DNA of 64,000 nucleotides from Plasmodiophora brassicae (Eukaryota): NCBI GenBank assembly GCA_036867785.1, contig CP145415.1, positions 186,001 to 250,000 of the forward strand, read 5' to 3'. Shown piece by piece: positions 60,151 to 64,000 of this stretch (position 1 is its first letter; each line of letters starts with the position of its first letter). The notes under the pieces were generated by a model. It saw only the letters and a program-made list of their open reading frames with translations, ran no database searches and was not told where the DNA came from. The position numbers and the translations under genes were made by a program.

Positions 60151-60594
60151 CACCCGCGAACAGCCGGAACGGTCACGAGGCCGCACACGGTCGGCGTTCC
60201 AGAAGGGTACGACCACGCGACGACGCGGCGATCGCGCGACCCGATCCGGTCCTCGACGCTCCCGGCGACCGAGCACAGTAATAAGAACCAGCGCGCCGCC
60301 GCTCCCAGCCTCTGCGGACTGGTCCACGTCCCGGACGCTGCAGCTCGCACGGTCGGCGTTACATCACCGGTCGGGCGGGCAAGTCGCGTCGCCACTGGTG
60401 CCCCAGTGCCGTCGCCTGCAGCTCACGCGGCACGCGCTGTGCGAGGTGTTACGCCGTCCTGCGCGCGCGTTTCGCCCCCCTCACCGGCGGCGGGGGTGTC
60501 CGCGCGCGATTCGCGAACGGATCAAGTCCGGGGCGGGTGTTTTGGGGCGACTCGTTGTTGAACGCATCGGGCCCCGCCTCAGTTTCGTGGATCG

Positions 60595-61559
60595 ATGTCG
60601 GACCAGAAGGGGGCGGCGGCGGCCAAGCCGGCGAAGAACCCGTACTGGGCGGCCGCCGAGCCGTTCGTCCTAGGCGGGTATGCCGTCCTGCCGTTAGTCG
60701 TCATGCGAGCGTTTCTGACCCGTCGCTGTTGCACAGGCTGTCGGGCATGGTCGCCACGACGTGTATCCAGCCGATTGACATGGTCAAGGTGTCGATCCAG
60801 CTCGAAGGCAAGGGCGGCATCACGAACCCGTTCACGATGACGAGGAAGCTGATCGCCAACGACGGCTTCTTCTCGCTGTACCGCGGGCTGTCGGCGGGCC
60901 TGCTGCGTCAGGCGACGTACACGACGGCCCGGATGGGCCTGTTCAAGACCATATCGGACATGCTGAAGGACGACAAGGGGCAGCTGAACTTCACGAAGCG
61001 CTCGGCGGCCGGCCTGCTGGCCGGCGGCCTCGGGTCGATCATCGGCAACCCGTGCGACCTCGCCCTGGTGCGGATGCAGGCCGATGCAGGCCTCCCGGCC
61101 GCCGAGCGTCGCAACTACAAGAACGTCGTCGACGCCCTCGCCCGTGTCATCAAGGAGGAGGGCGTGCTCGGCCTGTGGGCGGGCAGCATGCCGACCGTCG
61201 CGCGTGCCATGGCGCTGAACGTCGGCATGCTGGCGACGTACGACCAAGCGAAGGAGATGCTCGAGGCGCGGTTCGGCAAGACGAACGCGACGACGTTCGG
61301 CGCGTCGGCGATCGCCGGCTTCTTCGCGTCGTTCCTGTCGCTGCCGTTCGACTTCGTGAAGACGCGCATCCAGAAGATGAAGCCGGACGCGCAGGGCAAG
61401 GTGCCGTACTCGGGCCCCATCAACTGCGCCGTCACCGTCTTCAAGGAGGAAGGCCCGCTGGCGTTCTACAAAGGCTTCCCGACCTACTACGTCCGTATCG
61501 CGCCGCACGCCATGATCACGCTGATCGCCCTCGAAGGGCTCCGCCAGCTCGTCGACTGA
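60595..61559 (+). CDS. Mitochondrial dicarboxylate/tricarboxylate (2-oxoglutarate/malate) carrier, one intron at about 60678-60737
   Basis: Three carrier motifs (QPIDMVKV, NPCDLALVRMQAD, LPFDFVKTRIQ), plus LSAGLLRQATYTTAR and RIAPH. Confidence 0.95.
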
Positions 61560-61622
61560 GATCCCCACGCGCCGCCATTTCATCATCGGACGAAATTCAC
61601 TGCAACGCGGGACGCCTGTACT

Positions 61623-62744
61623 CTATCGCCTCATGATGGACCGGTGGCGGTACCCGGGTGCGTCCGCCCCGGTCACGTTGTTCCTCCAGGCGCACGTCAT
61701 GACGCACCTGCGCTGCCCTTTCCGAATGTGCTCGATGCGGTCCACGCGCATCAGCTGGTCGGCGCGCGCCGCCGCGAGGTGCGCGCGCGCCGCCAGCAGG
61801 TGCACGTCGACGGCGAACTGCGCGACAGTCCCGCAGACGTCCTGGTTGGCGGCGTAGTCGGTGAGCGCGCGGCGCGCCCAGGCCTGGTGGCACTTGCCGC
61901 ACTGCGGGAACGTGGTGAACGCGTCGGCGTGCGCCCGCTGCACCGTGCTGTAGAACAGGGGCGTCCAGCGCCTGACGCTGCCGAACCACTCGACGTGGTC
62001 CTCGGCGCAGGCCGACCTCGCGCGGACGTACGTGCCGGCGCTGTCGTTGACGGCGACGTAGTTCGCCGGGTACGACATGGTGGCCGCCGGCATGTCGCGC
62101 TCGTTGATCGGGAACCGGCGCCCGCGCCGACCCTTCAGGTTCGTCGACGCGAGCGTGACGCCGGATGACGTCGCCAGGTCGGTCAGCAGGGCGGCCACGT
62201 TCGCGATTCGCGTGTTCAGGACGCGGCGCAGGGCGACGTTGAACCCGACGACCTTGTGGAACGAGGCGTTCGTACCCGCGGAAACCATGTAGGACAGGGA
62301 GATGACGCAGTTGAGCTTGTACGGGCGCCCCGTTCGCGTCTGCTCTGCTCGGTCGACCTTGTCGCGCAGGCGCTGTAGGACGGCACGGCCGGCGTCGCGT
62401 GCTTCAATGATCGACCGTTTCATGATGGCGGGCAGCCAGGCATCGGGTCCCGCTGGTGGGTGCCCTTTGAACATTGTCTGGAGCGCCGCGTTCAGGATCG
62501 TGTGGAAGCGTTGCTCTTTGGATACCGGCGGGGAGGCCAGGCTAGACGGAGCGGAGCGCTTCTTCGCGACCGTCCGCGTTGACGCGGGCGGTCGCGACGT
62601 ACTCGGCGGCGAGCTGCGACGTCGACGCATGTCCACGGCAGCGGTTTGTGGGCGCTGGGGACCGGATCCGGCCGCGACGTCGTTCGCGACGAGAGCGGCG
62701 ACCGCGACGATGACAAGCATCGCCGGTAGCAGTGAAGCGGCCAT
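61623..62744 (-). CDS. Secreted protein with basic NLS-like motifs and Cys/His-rich C-terminus; candidate effector
   Basis: Signal peptide MAASLLPAMLVIVAVAALVA; RRRR and KKR motifs; CGKCH...C...CVMTC; strong coding-like codon bias. Confidence 0.65.
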   Translation of the reverse strand: MAASLLPAMLVIVAVAALVANDVAAGSGPQRPQTAAVDMRRRRSSPPSTSRPPASTRTVAKKRSAPSSLASPPVSKEQRFHTILNAALQTMFKGHPPAGPDAWLPAIMKRSIIEARDAGRAVLQRLRDKVDRAEQTRTGRPYKLNCVISLSYMVSAGTNASFHKVVGFNVALRRVLNTRIANVAALLTDLATSSGVTLASTNLKGRRGRRFPINERDMPAATMSYPANYVAVNDSAGTYVRARSACAEDHVEWFGSVRRWTPLFYSTVQRAHADAFTTFPQCGKCHQAWARRALTDYAANQDVCGTVAQFAVDVHLLAARAHLAAARADQLMRVDRIEHIRKGQRRCVMTCAWRNNVTGADAPGYRHRSIMRR

Positions 62745-63104
62745 GTTATTCTGACGACTTGCAGAAAGCGTTTGGAGTGCCGCCCGCAGTTTCCAGCCAG
62801 CCTGGATCGGTGGCTGTCCTACTGGACCAAAACGAACACGGATTGGCAAAAATAGCCCAACGACGAGTGATCGTCAGCGTCACCGAACGCTCTACGGCCT
62901 ACGCGATGGAGCCACCGTGTCGCTCAGCGAGGCTATGCTCGCCACTTAGCCACTCGTTTAAGTCAACGATGTAGGCTATATATCTGGTATGCCAGTTGAC
63001 TTTGACGTGAGCACTGAGCAGTACTACGCAGGCAATTAATACACTGATAATGTCACGGAATGTTTAGCGCCAGTGTAGACTGGCGCTACTAAACTGGTTC
63101 TACA

Positions 63105-63358
63105 ATTCCACCGAGCAGCGAAGGACACGGGTTGCGCCAGACGTGCCGTCCGACCCGGACATCGATGGCCTCGAGGACATCACGGGTGAAAACTCCCCAG
63201 TCCCGGACGAGCACAGAGCGATGTCCTTACGAATGCTCGTCGTTGATTCCGGGACTGGGGAATTTTCGTCGCGCGGTGTCTTCGAGGCCACCGATGTCCG
63301 GGTCGGACGGCACCTCTGGCACAATCCGTGTCCATCGCTGTTCGGTGTTACTGGAATG
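63105..63358. repeat. Long imperfect inverted repeat (~250-nt hairpin)
   Basis: CACCGAGCAGCGAAGGACACGG...GTGCCGTCCGACCCGGACATCG...CCCCAGTCCCGGA pairs with TCCGGGACTGGGG...CGATGTCCGGGTCGGACGGCAC...CCGTGTCCATCGCTGTTCGGTG. Confidence 0.92.
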
Positions 63359-63544
63359 ACTAATGAGTCAGCTGCAAACGACGCCCAATAGAAGAATGAC
63401 TGCCAGCAACAGCACCCGCTGCTGGCGATCGCAGTCGCACCGCCCCTTTCTGTCAAAAGTATCTGCATGTTGCTACCCGACACAGGCAACATAAAGGGGT
63501 ACACAGGGAACAACAAGCCTTAACGAGTAAGGGATGGACAAGGT

Positions 63545-64000
63545 TTACGTAGCTGCAGCTTCAGCTTTGATGTCATGCGAGCAGATATCTCCGGCCAATG
63601 GACTTGGTATCGAGAGCGCGTCTTCGAACAGACGAGCAGTATCCAGATCGTATTCGTCGTCGGTTGCATAAATGAATAGGGCCTGTAGCTCGCGTGGCGT
63701 GACAGGGACGCCAGGTTCGTCACTCAGCTTGGGGAACAATTTGCAGCCAATGAACCATACAAGGTTCCGTATCTGGGACGAGGTCAGCTGACCGCAATCA
63801 ACAAGATCGTACAGCATGATAATGCGAGCAACGCTGGCTTCCTCCGAGCGGTAGTCAGGGAACGCCTCACCCTTGTCTGGGTCAGCGATCAGCGAATGGC
63901 GATTCTTCAGTACGTAGTCTTCAATCGGGGCGAAGTCATCCGGAGACGCCTCCACAACACGGCAAAACTCCTCCGTCTCGTACACGCCGCCCCCACATGT
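63545..64000 (-). CDS. 3' part of an unidentified protein (truncated by window edge)
   Basis: Open frame of about 150 codons with protein-like composition; no family recognised. Confidence 0.5.
   Translation of the reverse strand, partial: TCGGGVYETEEFCRVVEASPDDFAPIEDYVLKNRHSLIADPDKGEAFPDYRSEEASVARIIMLYDLVDCGQLTSSQIRNLVWFIGCKLFPKLSDEPGVPVTPRELQALFIYATDDEYDLDTARLFEDALSIPSPLAGDICSHDIKAEAAAT

Larger units (their letters stand above)
54750..60338. repeat. Tandem segmental duplication (about 54750-57697 and 57802-60338) of the PA-7TM gene plus IscU
   Basis: Both units start CCCATCTTCAGTA..CCGTGTTCAGCAG, end near CACGTCC.GGACGC and are collinear throughout. Confidence 0.93.

Noticed and set aside
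63065-63100. Helitron 3' end (hairpin followed by CTRR)
   Set aside because: The spacing is atypical, and there is no matching 5' end, Rep/helicase fragment or second copy in the window.

Overview
Gene-dense, GC-rich eukaryotic DNA with many short GT-AG introns. It is not prokaryotic. Gene content and style fit a plasmodiophorid protist such as Plasmodiophora brassicae, but that is inference only. Housekeeping genes: MFS transporter, Rab3GAP catalytic subunit, DUF4246 protein, 5'-nucleotidase, CCA-adding enzyme, separase, prefoldin 4, IscU and a mitochondrial di/tricarboxylate carrier. These alternate with accessory blocks: (i) two tandem genes for secreted proteins with a Skp1/BTB-like domain, an F-box-like linker and 14 LRRs, each LRR on its own 72-nt exon; (ii) five 7TM receptors in three architectures (7TM-RGS, bacterial sugar-binding protein fused to a class C GPCR, and three PA-domain 7TM paralogs); (iii) two identical U3 snoRNA genes, one with a hAT transposon inserted at its 3' end; (iv) a Stowaway/mariner-like element, gypsy and copia remnants, and Harbinger-type Myb fragments whose internal segment is flipped between two copies; (v) several long fold-back hairpins; (vi) candidate secreted effectors and an Ifi-6-16/ISG12-like gene. 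Intron boundaries and domain calls were made by eye and need HMM and RNA-seq confirmation.
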